A DNA stretch of 64,000 nt from Eledone cirrhosa (GCA_964016885.1 OZ024746.1:14632001-14696000); one strand, 5' to 3'; numbered from the stretch's first letter, positions 27,691 to 42,119 are shown. Notes: a model not told the origin generated them from the letters alone. Made by a program: numbers and translations.

Positions 27691-28174
27691 AACATATACA
27701 CTCCCACTGCAAATCTAAAAGTTCCAAAATATTTTGATTGACTGGTACTGTAAAAGTAGTCTCCCTTGTTTACTTTTCAGAATTTGAACAACCCAAAGGG
27801 GGCTTTGGTCGTGAGATTGCAAGGATAATATCAGTTAATTGTTTTCCCACTCACCAGGTTTAGAGTGCAAAGAGCATTCTGCAAGTTACCTTTAATTAAT
27901 TATGCCTATAAGCTTTCTCAACATAGTCATCTACTTCACTGGAGATACTTCAACATTTTAGTTCTGCAGAAAGCCAGGCTACAGGTTGATTCTTGTTGGT
28001 ACATCAAACTAAGGTTAATAAAAGAAGCCTAACTGTGCACAGATCTTAAGTTGCTGACAAAGTTTTAGTAAAGATTAGTATGTTTAACCAGCAAAAATAT
28101 CTGACTAATGAATTGATGGTTGTTTTTTCTTTTGTTTATGTTAAAATTTTCACCATTAATTAATAATTTATAGA

Positions 28175-28471
<297 letters not shown>

Positions 28472-28863
28472 AGGCAAAACAGAGTTCATCCACAGATAGC
28501 AGGCCAGCTGCAAAATAAGTGGGTTAACTCAATGAATAGGCAGCCACAGAACACCAGAGGGTGCAGTGAATTAGTGATAGGGACAATGCTTCTCTTTAAA
28601 AAAAGTGCTGCATTGCTCTATGAGAAAGTAGTGATGAGGCAAGTGTAACCTGCCTTCTGAAGAATCTACTCTAAACAGATGGGCTGCAGCATCAACTGGG
28701 ATTTCACAAAAAAATCTGCTCATGAGCAAGGAATTGGGCCCCTACTCATACATAACTACTGCACAAGAACATCTCTCAATAAAACAATGGAAATAAATCT
28801 CATAGCAGAGGACAAACTACTCTGGAATCACAAGATCTCCAGCCTCTTCAGATGAATAATAAC

Positions 28864-28897
<34 letters not shown>

Positions 28898-29699
28898 TAT
28901 ACACACACACATATATATGCTTTTATATGTATATATAAATTAGAAGATCAACAAATAGAGATCAATATAATAAGTAACAGATTGAAAATAGGTACCAGGG
29001 ATTGACATGATTGACTAAAACCTTGAAGGTGGCCACAGTTCAATAACTGAAACCAGCAAGAGGGAGAGTGTATATGTTTATATGTGTGTGTATGTGTCTA
29101 TGTGTAGTTATATTAATAGCTGGTTCATCTAAATGTTGAGCTCCTTAGTTTGTTAAATTTGCCATACCTGACATGTAAGCAACCATTGAAAACTGCCAAG
29201 CTTTACCTAAATTCACATGTGAACAAGCAAGTCATTATCCTAACAACTGGTGGGCAAATTCTTTAGTGACAAATAAACAAAAATGAAATACATTCTAATA
29301 AGTGTCTTTCAGTGTTTATCTTCACTGAAAGGATTCAGATGACTGGAATTTCCTTTATAAACCATGAGACAGCGAATAATTCTTTTGTGCAGTTTTGTGC
29401 AACACATCTGCGAGCAACTTAATTTATACATGATAATTCTTAGAAAATGACATGCCTCCCCAAACTAATTGTCCCCATCACTAAAAGTTGCTCATTAATG
29501 TGTAAAAAACAAAAAATATTTATAATTTCTGTGTTTACAAATTCATATGTTTGACTAGTTCAACCAATCACAAACAATGTGATAAAGTAATTGACCAATC
29601 ACACTTAGCTTTTCTAAGTGGGTAATGATAGTTATGTTAGCAGCTGCAAATAACAACTATAAAGTTTTATTTCTTTATGTACAGTTACCTGGTTACCTG

Positions 29700-30360
29700 A
29701 TCCCTCCAACCTCACGACTACAGACCAATATACCATGCCATCTTTTTGTCCTTGGCAAGGATTGGAGCTTGAAATCAGTTTGTGCCACAGCAGATCTTCT
29801 TTGGCCTTCCCTTTGGTCTTATCCTACTAGATGGTAGCCATGTCATTGTAGTTCTTGCAATGTGAGTGTCCCCCATTTGTAAGACATTCCATGCCAGCTA
29901 CATTCTTCTGCCCTTGATGACAACACTCTGGTGTATGGTATTGGTTCTTCGAAACATATCCTCATCTGTAATCTTCTATTGCCATCAAATGCTCATGATT
30001 TTTCAGAGGCATCTTTGTTGGAAAGTATCAAGCATTTTTTTTCAGTTCTAGAGATCCACTGCCATGTGTCAGCAGCATATGTCGTTGTTGAGATAACAGT
30101 TGACTGGAATAAACTCAATTTCTTTGTGATGTGGGCTTCTTTGTTTTATGTCAGTTTCAGTATTACCATCTGCTGTCTGCTACCAAGATGTGAAGCAATG
30201 AACATCTATCTTTTCCCTATTGATTGAAACTTCATATGTTTCACAGCAGGCAAATTTCTGTATCTTTGTTTTTTATACATTTACTCTCAAGCCAACTATT
30301 TCTTTCTGTGAGGTTGTTGGCAAGAAGAGCTAAGTCATCCAGCAAAGTTTAAATTTGCCA
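29700..30360 (-). mobile_element. Decayed RTE-like LINE 3' coding region
   Basis: Minus-strand fragments FQQRCL*KIMSI*WQ*KITDEDMFRRTN and RPKGRPKK. Confidence 0.6.
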
Positions 30361-30927
30361 GTAGCTGCTTGATAATACATACACATATCATCATCATCAT
30401 CACCGTTTAACTTCCATTTTCCACACTAGCATGTGTTAGACGGGTTGTCCCATTGAGAAAAGCATGGAAAAGTGGACATAAAAACAATGGTGATGATGAT
30501 ATATAAATCGTTTTATGAAGCATTGAGCAAATTTGAATTTTGAAAGTATGTAAGCTGCTGCAATGTGAATTTGATTCACACAGGTGATAGTATTCATTTT
30601 TTTCCCTCTCTAGGGGTTTATATGCCCAACTTGTTCAACTACATCAGCATTGTAACAACTTACAATAAACTTAACATACTTTCAATATATAACAGTCGAT
30701 CAACAATATCCCAGACCTCAAATCGGACCAAGGAAACAATGTTTCCATTGATCTTTCCAATGGCTAATACTATCTACTGGTCGAAAATTCTGGCAGAAGG
30801 AGCAACATGAAATAAAGTGTCTTGCTCAAGGACATAACGCATCGCCCGATCCGGGAATCAAATTCACAACCTCATGATTATGAATCCAATTCTCCAACCA
30901 CTCAGCCAGGCACCTTTACACTTTCAA

Positions 30928-30964
<37 letters not shown>

Positions 30965-32703
30965 GTATATAGTTGTCCTAATTTCAATATTATTAATTGA
31001 TTGTCAGTATTTTATCACCGTGATCAACAAACAATGGTGTGATCAAGCTTAAGTACTCCATGTCAGTTAAACCTATCTAAGATCTAGGATCATGTAGACT
31101 AATACCAACAAAGTATTGGTATGTTAATAAATATGAACACAGTTCTACTTTTCATACTTCAATTTATTGAATAACAACCATTATGTACATTTCAGAGGTG
31201 CCAGACAATTGTTACATAAGAATAACAACACACACACACACATATATATATATACATATTCATATATATATATATATATACACACACCACACACATATAT
31301 CTACTCACACACACAAATATATACATATTCATAAAAACAAAATACACCCAGCCCACGTTGTAAAGTGGTAATGCTGGTGCCACAATAAAATGTACCCAGC
31401 ACACGCTGTGAAGTGGTTGGTATTAGGAAGGGCATCCAGTCGTAGAAACAATGCCAGAATAGAATGTATGAGTGAAAGAGAGTCATCTGACCTGTCTAGC
31501 TTCAGAATGTGATAATCCGTCTAATATATATATATATATACACATATATATGTGTGTATAAAATATATAACTACAGCCATCACTCACAATTAAGTATGAC
31601 TTTTGCTACAGGTTTTAGGTACCCATGCAGTCGTAAGCAGAAACAGACACCCTATCAACTTTCTCTTCCAGCAGATCATCCAGGATGTGACAGCTGTCGA
31701 GAGAGAGAGAGAGAAGGGCTGCACTGGCAATGATCTGGTACTTTTTCTATCAACCCTGAAAGGATATAAGGATACAGTGGAATTTGACGGGATTTAAACT
31801 CAGAACACAGAGACCTAGAGGAAATATTTAACACTATAACTCTGCCAAATCAACCGCCTTAATTTATGTGTGTGTGTGTGTGTGTGTGTGCGCGCTCGCA
31901 AAAAGTAAGCGAAAAACAACACAGTGGAACTATACAGTAGAATGAAGATATTAATTTAACACTTAATTTACTTGAAAAAGACTCAGCATTTCAGGCGTTA
32001 GTCCTTCCTCAGAAAACAGAATCAGAGATAAAAAAAAATAGAAGAGAGTAAGAGGGAAAAACAAAAAAAATGTTTTCAGAGGGAAAGCACATGTGTGTTT
32101 GGCCAAACAGTGTGTGTGTATGTATGTATACATGATGCATACATGCATAACAACTAAAGTGACAGCTGTATTAAGCACTTGTCAGCTGTAAGATAATGCA
32201 TGATACTAATCCCAAAAATAAGCAATCCCCTTCTTCTTTGCTGTCTCAATAACAATTCAATTCTCTTTGCAATCAAATTTGTGCCACATTGTTACAACGT
32301 TGACAAATTGTTTCCATGTCATAGTGGAATGCAATAAAATTATTTTTTACAGAAATTACATGCATTGCAAAAAAAATTCAATAAATATACAAACATTGTA
32401 TTTTTATTTGCTGACACCACATACCAACCATCAACTAGATAATACAGCTATTGTGATTGGTCAATTGCTTTATCACACTATTCATGAATTGTTGAGCAAT
32501 CCAAACATATGAATTTGTAAACACAGAAATTATATCTTTTATTTTTGACACATCAATCTTTTAGCAATAGGGCAGTATAGAGATGTATATAATATTTTAA
32601 GAATTATCATGTATAACTTAAGTAGTCCCCAGATGTGTTGCACAATATCAAAAACTATGCATATAAATGGCATATGCCCTATGACTTATTAGGGATATTT
32701 CAA

Positions 32704-32826
32704 CTATTCTTTAGCAGCAACATTTATTTGCCAACCCAAAACTTGACGATCAAATCCACATGAGAAAAGATGACATAAAGAATTTTCTTCGGCCCAGGTT
32801 ACAGAACAGACCATGCGGCTGTGACC
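32704..32826 (-). CDS. WDR37: WD repeat-containing protein 37, terminal coding exon
   Basis: ttgcag|GHSRMVCSVTWAEENSLCHLFSCGFDRQVLGWQINVAAKE*; matches the vertebrate WDR37 C-terminus (GHRRMVCC...LFTCGFDRQ.IGW); phase 0. Confidence 0.95.
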   Translation of the reverse strand, partial: GHSRMVCSVTWAEENSLCHLFSCGFDRQVLGWQINVAAKE

Positions 32827-33234
32827 CTGCAATAAAAGAAAACAATATAAGAATTAAAGCAATAAAAATAGTCAATATCATAGGTACTTTACAATATTGC
32901 TACCATTGAAAGTATTGTATTTATTTCGAAATGGAGTTTAAAGGGGAAAATACAACAAAAAGGGATCAAATAAAAGAACTCAGTTTCCAACAGCAATTTG
33001 ATTTTAAAAAAGACACCAACATTAGACTATGTACTGAAACAAAGAAATCATACTGTAGAAGCTTTAGCATAAAAATAAATCAGAAAACAAACTCTACATT
33101 TAACTACATAGGGTAGATAAAGCTCAACACTAGGTGAGTACCTTCTAACAGGTAACATGTCAAATATAAAGTTTATATAAGCTATACATTCCTTTGAACC
33201 AAAATCTATAAAGAATAAGAAAGTTCTTAATAAT

Positions 33235-33419
33235 TGTTTCTACTTTTGGCACAAGGCCAGCAATTATCCCAGTGTATTACTGGTACTTTATTTTATCGAC
33301 CCCATAAGGATGAAAGGCAAAGTTAACCTCGGCGGGATTTGAACTCAGATCATAAAGGGCCATAACTCTATGCTATAAAGCATGGCGTCCGACCCTCTAC
33401 CGATACTGCCAATCCACCG
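33235..33419 (-). mobile_element. Near full-length tRNA-derived SINE with aataat TSD
   Basis: Head ggcagtatcggtagag, B-box gagttcaaatccc, core actttgcctttcatccttatggggtcgataaaa; aataat at 33229-33234 and 33420-33425. Further decayed copies at ~33445-33585 and ~31735-31862. Confidence 0.88.
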
Positions 33420-36400
33420 AATAATGATCATCTGTTGCCATTCAATCCCAGACTCGTACTTTTTTATTGACCTCAAAGGGATGAAATGCAAAGTTGACCT
33501 CAGTGGGATCTCAACAAAGAGAGCCAGAACAAATACTTCAAAACATTCGATCTGACATTTTAACTCTGCCAGTTCATTGCCTCTTAATCTAATTATTTAT
33601 TTATAACAGAAACAAATTTACGAGAGTTAGCTGAAAAGTTCATAGGCTGACTATGATGCCAGAGCTGTGAAATCTTGCATGCATAAATTTCAACTCTTCT
33701 CATTAATAACTGCATTGTTTCTTTCCAGGGATTATGTTGAAAAATAAACCTCATTTGCTCATTGCATGAGAGTATCTTGGTCAGCCTATGACCCTCATAA
33801 AATTTGTTATTTTAAAGAAGAATAACTGAAGTTGATAAGTTAATATCTACATATTTTTCTATTATTATTTTTTCCAATTTAAAACTGGCATTGTTTACCA
33901 AACAAAATAAGAAAAACAGAATGTATAAAGTGGAATTGCAATATCCCACTAAGCAATTTCCTATTTTACATTTACTGTACTGAAATGTTAATACTCCTGA
34001 ATGGAAAGAGTCTTAATGGTTGGGGGATAAAAAGAGACATTCATTGAAATATTCTTTTAAAATATAGTGTAAGACTAAAGTGTTGAATATCTTGCTTGAG
34101 AACACAGTCTGTATGATTAAACTACAGAGTTTAGACTTCAGATTATATTAGAAATGAATAAATGATGAGTACATCAACAGGAACATTTTATTTGAAATAA
34201 ATAATAATGTAATGAGACAACATTGTAACTGCCAACTCAATCTCATTTCTAGGAAGTGGATGAAATAAGAAATACTTCTTCCACTTTTTCTTTTTGGTGC
34301 CAATTCAAAAGAAATGTCTGATGCCACACTAAAAAAATATAGTTTAATGTAATTGAAAAAGACAGAAAAACTGAGTTCTACTATTTGATAACTTTTTGTT
34401 GTATTTTCCCCTTTAAACTTCATTTTGAAATAAACGTAAATTAAAATGAGAATTAATGACAGATTTACTGATTATGTTTTTAAATAAATACACTGAAATA
34501 GTAAATACATCCAAAATGTGCTGCTTTTATCCATACTACTTTCTTTGTAAGAATTCAAATAATGTCTAACTGATGAAAGAAAGAAAAGAGGAAATAAATG
34601 GGGCAAAATTTTTATTAGATGTCATCTAAAGAAATGAAAAACAGCTCAGCAAAGAAATCTACTGCTTTCTGTTCAATGTAAACTGTATCTTGAAGACATC
34701 TCAGGATAATTTTACACTTTGAAAAAGTCATTAAGACAACAGTAAAGTTCTCAAACTATGCAAATAAAATAAATTTAGGTGAGGAAGTAGAAAACAACAG
34801 CAACAAAAATGATGAAATATTTCTTTGAGGAAAAAATAGTTAAATTTATAATAGATTTTAGTTAAGGCCTGATGTAATTAAAAAAGTCAAATATTTGGAT
34901 GTTGTTTTCTGTATTCCTACTAATACTGCCATTTTATTGAATATGTTGGAAGTTTAAGAATCAGATCGAATTTTTCAGGAAAATACTAAATAGTAATAAA
35001 GACATGGATATTTGTGATTTATCTATTCTCTTTACTTTTCTGTTTGGGTGTGTTCTAGATTATATTAAAATACTTAATGGAATAATTACTAATTGTAAGG
35101 TGTAGTATATTCTATAAATGTTACTGTGAGTTCAAAGAAACCTATAAAAAATAACGATACTAACATGAGACATTAAGAAGCCCGAGTCTAAAAAATAAAT
35201 CATTTTTATGATAGTTTAAAATAAAACCATTTTACTATGATAAGCTGTTTGCTTCAGCTAGAGAAAAAAATTAAAGAAAAAAACTACAAAACCGAAGACA
35301 CTATAGAAAAAAAAACTAACATAAAAAACACTATAGAAAAAGATTGGAACTTGAAACATGATTACATTAAGAAATGTTTTCTCATTATTCTACACTAACT
35401 ATAAGTTGGATAGCAGACAGCTTACTGAAATGAAACTGTCAATAAGATGTGATCAAATAAGCTTTTATGTCAGGCTGCTAGTGAATCATATCATGCTAAC
35501 ACACCCAAATTAGAATCCTAATCAAATTCCATGAACATTTTTTTAGTTTAATAGACAAACCAATAAAATTGTGTTGATCCTCTCAAATCAAATCTAAATA
35601 GATAACCAATTAGATTATATTGACATCTTGAAGGGAAATAGGTAAAACAAACAACCTCACCATATTGATAAAAAGAAATTCCATTCAACTGGATTTTGGT
35701 GAGTACCTTCTAACAGGTAACATGTCAAATATAAAGTTTATATAAGCTATACATTCCTTTGAACCAAAATCTATAAAGAATAAGAGAGTTCTTAATAATG
35801 ATCAATGTGGTATAGTTGCTATTAGTTGCCATAGTTGGTGAGTTTCAAATTCTGTTAGGTTAACAAATCTTTCATCTGTTTGATGCTGTAGAAACTATCA
35901 GACTTATCCCTGACTCATCATCTGCTTAATCTGTGCAAGACCCAACCTCTAAGTTATCTGACTGAAGTTAAGTATTATTAGCTTTATATCTTTAATTTTC
36001 AATGGAGGAGTGCCTACGAGATTATATTATACTAGAAGCAGTACCTGACTGTGCCCAAATAACTTATCAAAAGATAAATATATATTGATAATAGAGATGT
36101 ATACAAAGGCATATATGATATGTTTATGTATAATATACGTATATAAATCTCACTATGTGTGTTTTAAGCTGTGATCATGTAACAGCTTTCTCAGTAACCA
36201 TGTGAGAATTCCAGATTTAATATTTCAGGATTTTTTATCCATCATCAGTGATGTAACTCACTCAGTACTGAGATATGAGTAAGCTATAGCTTATATACTT
36301 TTTATGTATAAAACATCGGCTGAAAACTTCATTTCCATAAAGTACATGCTTGACTTGGCAAACACACATTATATGCAAATGAACGTAATGTGTCTTTGGT

Positions 36401-39400
36401 GTATGTAGGTTTATTTCCATTGCTCTATAAAAATTATTATTTACAAAATGTTTTTGTAATTTTGTCACTAATTTTTCATGCTATTTCAATAATAATCAAT
36501 AGTCCATGTTGGTAATAATATACATCATCAAAATAATATCAAATATCCAACATTCAATCAATCCTATTGTTATTCTTGTCATCTATTTTTACGGTTTGTA
36601 ATAAATCATTAGCATCAAATTAAAATAATAACAGAATAAAGGTAAGACAAGCTATATAAGCCATATTTTTGTAATATCTCACTTTTCATGGAGTTTTAGG
36701 ATAATTTCTCTCTTACTTTCAGCAGATAGTTTTAATAAATATGTCTTATAACAAGATAAAAGTTTACAAAGTATACATAAAAGAAAAAAATGTGTTCTAC
36801 TGTGCCATATAACTACATGATTGTGGAGGAATACAAATATAAGTAGCCTCAGTATGTAAATAAACAAATATGAAATAAGCCAGGACATATTGAAATGAAC
36901 AATTTGGTTAGTAGTAAATCATGCTGATATAACATAAGAACTATTTGTGATAAAAATCAATATTTGATTTTTGGTTTACTATCGAAAAGTCCTGTACTTT
37001 ATTATAGATCTCAACTACTAGAAATCAATAATTACATGATACAGCTGCTTCTATGGGCTACTGATAAAACTTATCGTCAATACAATGAGTAAAGTTCTTT
37101 AACTTACTGCTGAAATATGGTCAATCTTAAAATATAACAATGTTAAATCCCATGTGACACTGAAGAAGTTGTTTATTTCTTAAAAAAAGACACCAGACAA
37201 TCAACTTGAAAGTAGAATAAACTCAATTATTTTCTATTATAATTTCAAATTTAATTAAAAAATAATTAAACCGATAATTGAAAATATATATAAATATCAG
37301 AAAACTCTACAAAGAGCACATTGAACTCTAAATATGTAAGCAGCTGAATCATTAAATACTTAAGATACAACTTAAAATACTTCAGGGCAATTTTTGCAGT
37401 TTCTCTATATATGTAAGCATGTTTTTCTTCTTTTCAGTAAGTTTAGCATAAAAGAATAAATGAGAAAAAAAATATTTTTGTTGCAACAGTAACAGAGAAA
37501 ATTATGTTTTAGAGATGCAAGTTAGGAAGATCGCCTTTTTTTTTTTTTTTAAATAAATAATTTCGTTATGATGAATCTCATATAGTAATTGCATGTGACA
37601 TTCTATAATTTATATCTAAGCTACATAAACATTCTTCAAGAAGAAATATAAATATCTTGCAGATAAATGATGCTGAGAAAAAAAATGAAAAATATAACCT
37701 ATATAACTTGGGAAATTATTGGTTTAAGAGTAAAAAACATACAAATATTGAACATTTTGTACATTAAAGTGTATTTTAATTACTAAATATATTCCTATTT
37801 AAAAACAAATTGAACACATTTGATTTTGTAACGGAATATAACTTCCAAGAACCATTTATCAACAAAGACAGCTGTAGATTATATAATTCTGTGCATCAAT
37901 TGAAGTTGGAATTATTATTTATAATGTTTATATATTATAAATAATAGTTCCAGCTTCAATCATGCAATAATAGCAAAAAGTACTTGTCCTGCTAAAGAAA
38001 CTAGGCAGCCTCATCTAAGGACTGCACTGCCTACCTGAATTTGAGAGAGGACCAAAATATAAGTGTAACCTAAAGAAAGCTCTAAAGAAAGCTTGCTCCA
38101 TTATTTCAATGTAGTATCACAAGGAAATGCCAAAACCAGGCTTGCAGTCTGAATTTTGAATAAATCTGTTTCGGCTGAAAATAAAACCAAGTAACAAACA
38201 AGTTCTTGGGGCTATTGTTTCTGTTGTACCATTAGTCACACTGCCAGTTCTATTTCCTGGGAGGACCAGAAAATCTACTTCCTCCTCAGTTACTCAAGTG
38301 GATGATGCCAAGGTATGTTTCCCTAAACCTGAGGGAGTAGAGAAAACTACAGTATGCTCGGTATCTTAGAGGTGAAAAATGCTGACATTTCTCCTTCTAA
38401 GAGTACCACCCCATCCACTGGAGATGATGAGAATGAAATGGAGGTTGAGGAAGGCTAGCAGTTTGTTGCAATAGATTAGTAAAGAAACAGAAATAAAACA
38501 AAAAACAGTTTATTACAGGTGTTAGTCACTTTGAAAGTATACTGCTCAATGGTGACCAAGTCTCCTCCCCTTCTTGAAGAGAAGTTTTTCACATTCATCA
38601 GCATGTGTACAAGAAAATAGGGCAAATACTTTCCTGAGTGAGAGGGGTTGAAATTAGAAATTGCTTTGATATTTAAGTAAATTTTACAAAAGGTGAAGCA
38701 GTACCATAAAACAGGATCTATATATAACATTAGCTAGAAAGATTATAAAGGTGCTATTCTGGTAAGCTAACATTCTATTCTGGATATTCAATTGTAACTA
38801 ATGTTTCTATGGTTTCCTAAGATATCCACTCTTTATATGGCATTATGGAATGGAATTGAAACCAAATATTATTTCAAGGTTTAATCAAATTATATTAAAT
38901 ATTAAAAATGGTAACATTTAAAGGAAATTCAATATCTTTAAAATATTATAAAAGACATCGAAATCTAAATTTATCTTTATTCTCTATTTTAATGTAAAGC
39001 AATATTCAATATTATTAGAATTTCAAGAATGTCTATCAGTAGACAATAGTTAAAGTTGGATAAAATTCTGATTTTAAAAAAAATATATCTTCTAAAATTT
39101 CTACATTGGAAAAAATTCTTTAAAAGATAAAGAATAATAAATTATACTCGATACATTTTGTTTCAAGTTCTCTAAGAGCTAACTATTGAATAAAAATTCT
39201 TAAGACTTCTCAAAGGAAATAAAGAAATTTGAACTTTACAAATTAGTTATCTATAGAGAATTACAAAATTATGATAACATAAGACTGAATCAAACTATTT
39301 CTATGAAGTGGCACCAAGAGATATTACATGCTTTTAAATTTGCTTTTCTATCAAAACATTTTGCGAAATATTTTATTGCAAAATATTGCTTTAAAATAAA

Positions 39401-39544
39401 CGAAAAACAATATAACAAACTAAAACATAAGAAAGTCTTAAAATAGAAATAAACAGCAGTTTTCTGATAGTTTGCTACTGTAATCATTGATACAGCAAAG
39501 TTTACTACCTCATCTACTACTGCTGTTATTACTATTATTATTAG

Positions 39545-39735
39545 ATTGGCAGCATCAGTAGAGGGCTGGACGCCATGCTTTGCAGCATAGAGTTACAGCC
39601 CTTTATGATCTGAGTTCAAATCCCGCCGAGGTTAACTTTGCCTTTCATCCTTACAGAGTCGATAAAATAAAGTACCAGTAATGTACTGAGATAATTGCTG
39701 GCCTTGTGCCAAAAGTAGAAACAATTATTATTATT
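39545..39735 (+). mobile_element. tRNA-derived SINE (plus strand)
   Basis: Reverse complement of the 33235-33419 family; (TAT)n tail. Confidence 0.88.
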
Positions 39736-39749
39736 ATTGCTACTACTAC

Positions 39750-39968
39750 TAATAATAATAATTGTTTCTACTATAGGCACAAGGCCAGCAATTTTTTTTT
39801 GGGGGGGTGGGGGGTTATATCAACATCAGTGCATTACTGGTACTTTATTTTATCGACCCCATAAGGACGAAAGGCAAAGCTAACTTTGGCGAGATTTGAA
39901 CTCAGGGCGTAAAGGTCCGTAACTTTATGCTGCAAAGCATGTTGTCCAATGCTCTACCGATACTGCAA
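39750..39968 (-). mobile_element. tRNA-derived SINE (minus strand), tail-to-tail with the previous copy
   Basis: Same core and head sequences. Confidence 0.85.
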
Positions 39969-40014
39969 ACATTAAATGTAAGCATAAATATGCAAATATT
40001 CAAATTTGCAAAAT

Positions 40015-41071
40015 TGACTAGGTCATGAAGGTCACAGAAAAAGTAATAGCGCAACTAATGAGAGAGCGAATTGATCTAGATGAAATGCAGTTCGGGTTTG
40101 TGTCAGGTAAAAGTACCACAGACGCTCTTTTCATTGTACGACAACTACAGAAGTACCTAGCTAAAAGTAAACCCCTATACTTAGCTTTTGTTGACTTGGA
40201 GAAAGCCTTTGACAGAGCCCCACGCCCTATTATCTGGTGGGCTCTCAAAAAACTAGGTGTTGATGATGGCTTGTGAGAGCTATACAAACCATGTATAAAG
40301 AAACAGTCAGCAAGGTTAGAGTTAACAACGAATATAGTGAAGAGTTTAGCGTAAAAGTTGGTGTTCATCAGGGCTCCGTCCTTAGCACCCTCCTATTTAT
40401 TATCGCCCTCCAAGCTATAACGGAGGAGTTCAAGACCGGCTGCCCATGGGAACTTCTATACGCAGATGATCTAACGCTCATAGCCGAATCAATGGCTGAA
40501 CTAGAGAAGAAATTCCAAACATGGAAGCATGGCCTAGAATCAAAAGGCCTTAAAATTAACTTGTCTAAGACTAAAGTTCTAATATGTAGGAAGGAGAATA
40601 GGGCACTGGTCCCATCTGGGAAATGGCCATGCTCAGTATGTAGGAAAGGAGTAGGCAGAAACTCCATTTTATGTCCCAAATGCAAAGTATGGGTGCATAA
40701 AAGATGTAGTACAAAGTACAAAGCGAAACCTACAGTCAGTAGGCACCTCTAACCAAAATACACCCCCCTCCCACTACCCCTACCGCCATCTACACCACCC
40801 CTTACGATGTAAAGCTATCCAGTCCTAAATAAATGAGGTCGTGTAGGTGTCACGACAAAAAACACACAGTCCACGCTGTAATGTGGCCATGTAGGTAACA
40901 CGGTAAAAACCTCCCAGTCCACACTGTAAACGTGGTTGGTGTTAGAAAGGGCATCCAGCCGCAGAAAACCTGCCAGACAGTCCCGAGCAAGACAGCCAAT
41001 CTTGCCTCAAGTGGGACAATTCCCGTCCAGACTCATGCTAGCGTGGAAGATGGACGTTAAACGATGATGAT
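40015..41071 (+). mobile_element. RTE-clade LINE fragment: RT domain, Cys/His finger, internal deletion, 3' UTR with (GAT)n tail
   Basis: QFGF..GKSTTDA, AFVDLEKAFD, GVHQGSVLS, LLYADDL, GLKINLSKTK, then WPCSVC...C..C..WVHKRCS. One frameshift at ~40270. Ends gacgttaaacgatgatga. Confidence 0.93.
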
Positions 41072-41174
41072 TTAAACTAAGCTGAAAAAAAAAAAAGTTT
41101 TTTTTTTTGTTTTTTTTCCTCATGCCAAATAATAGATATCATCATTCTCATCCTGTGAAAAGCTAACATTAAAA

Positions 41175-41840
41175 CAGTGAGACCTGGGCATTGTATGCAG
41201 AGGATCTGTGCAGATTGGAAAGAAACAAAGCATGCATGCTCCGATGGATGTGTAATATAATATACACAAACAGCAAAGCATAAACGAAGTGAGTGAGAAA
41301 TTAGGCATAAGAGGAATCAAGTGCAGTTTACTAGAGAGGAGATTATGTTGGTATGGTCATGTGATGTGTATGAAGGATGACAGCTGTATAAAAAAAAGTG
41401 CAGGGCGATCAAAATTGATGGAAGCTAGAGTAGGTAGACCCAGAAAGATCTGAGACGAAGGGATAAAAGCTGACCTTGCACACTTGAATCTCTCTAAGAC
41501 AATAACACAGGATCAAGATCTTTGGCACTATGCAGTAATAGAGAAGACCCGCCTTGTAGGCACCTCTTAATCCAAAATACACCCCACACTCCCTACACCT
41601 CCCTCCCACTTCCGCCCACACCACCCTTACTCTGTAAAGTTATGTTGGTGCCACAAAACATCCAGCCCACACTGTAAAGTGGTTGTGTAGGAGACACAGC
41701 AAAAAGCACCTAGCCATAGAAAAACAGCCAGAAACAGTCCTATATGAGCGAGACACAGTCACCCAATCAAACTTGCCTCAAATGGGACAAACCTGTCTAA
41801 CCCATGCTAGCGTAGAAGATAGACGTTAAATGATGATGAT
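41175..41840 (+). mobile_element. Second RTE LINE 3' fragment
   Basis: SETWAL.AEDLCRLERN...MLRWMCN...RRLCWYGHV; 3' UTR similar to 40740-41071; (GAT)n tail. Confidence 0.85.
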
Positions 41841-41877
41841 TTGTGAGTCAAGTGAAACTGAAATTCAAAATACTTAC

Positions 41878-41992
41878 TAGTCGGTTACTTTTTGGTAGCC
41901 GTCCTACCCTTGCACCTGTTATGTCATACAGACGTACATTTCGGTTGTCATGAGGAATAGCAATTAGATTTTGGCTCTGAGACACAGCTAAC
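41878..41992 (-). CDS. WDR37: WDR37 exon
   Basis: tacag|(R)LAVSQSQNLIAIPHDNRNVRLYDITGARVGRLPKSNRL|gtaagt; 115 bp, phase 2 to 0. Confidence 0.95.
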
Positions 41993-42119
41993 CTGTAGAT
42001 AGAAAAAAGAAAAAAATTTTATTCATGATAGTATGTTCTCAACTTTTCCCAAACAATCAATTCATAGGCTTGGTGCAGAGCAAGAGATACACCTTTACCT
42101 ATTTTTAGATACACCAGTT

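Noticed and set aside
27850-28010. Possible minus-strand exon (gtgagt donor at ~27850)
   Set aside because: Stops in the candidate frames and no recognisable protein.
33235-33419. tRNA gene suggested by the B-box gagttcaaatccc
   Set aside because: No cloverleaf evident; it is the head of a multi-copy SINE.
32931-34423. Paralogous small ORFs MEFKGENTTK / MKFKGENTTK
   Set aside because: Similarity is confined to the 67-bp inverted repeat; the remainder is unrelated.
38030-38460. GC-richer, ORF-like stretch ending in acidic codons
   Set aside because: No recognisable motif or convincing splice sites; probably a TE remnant that I cannot assign.
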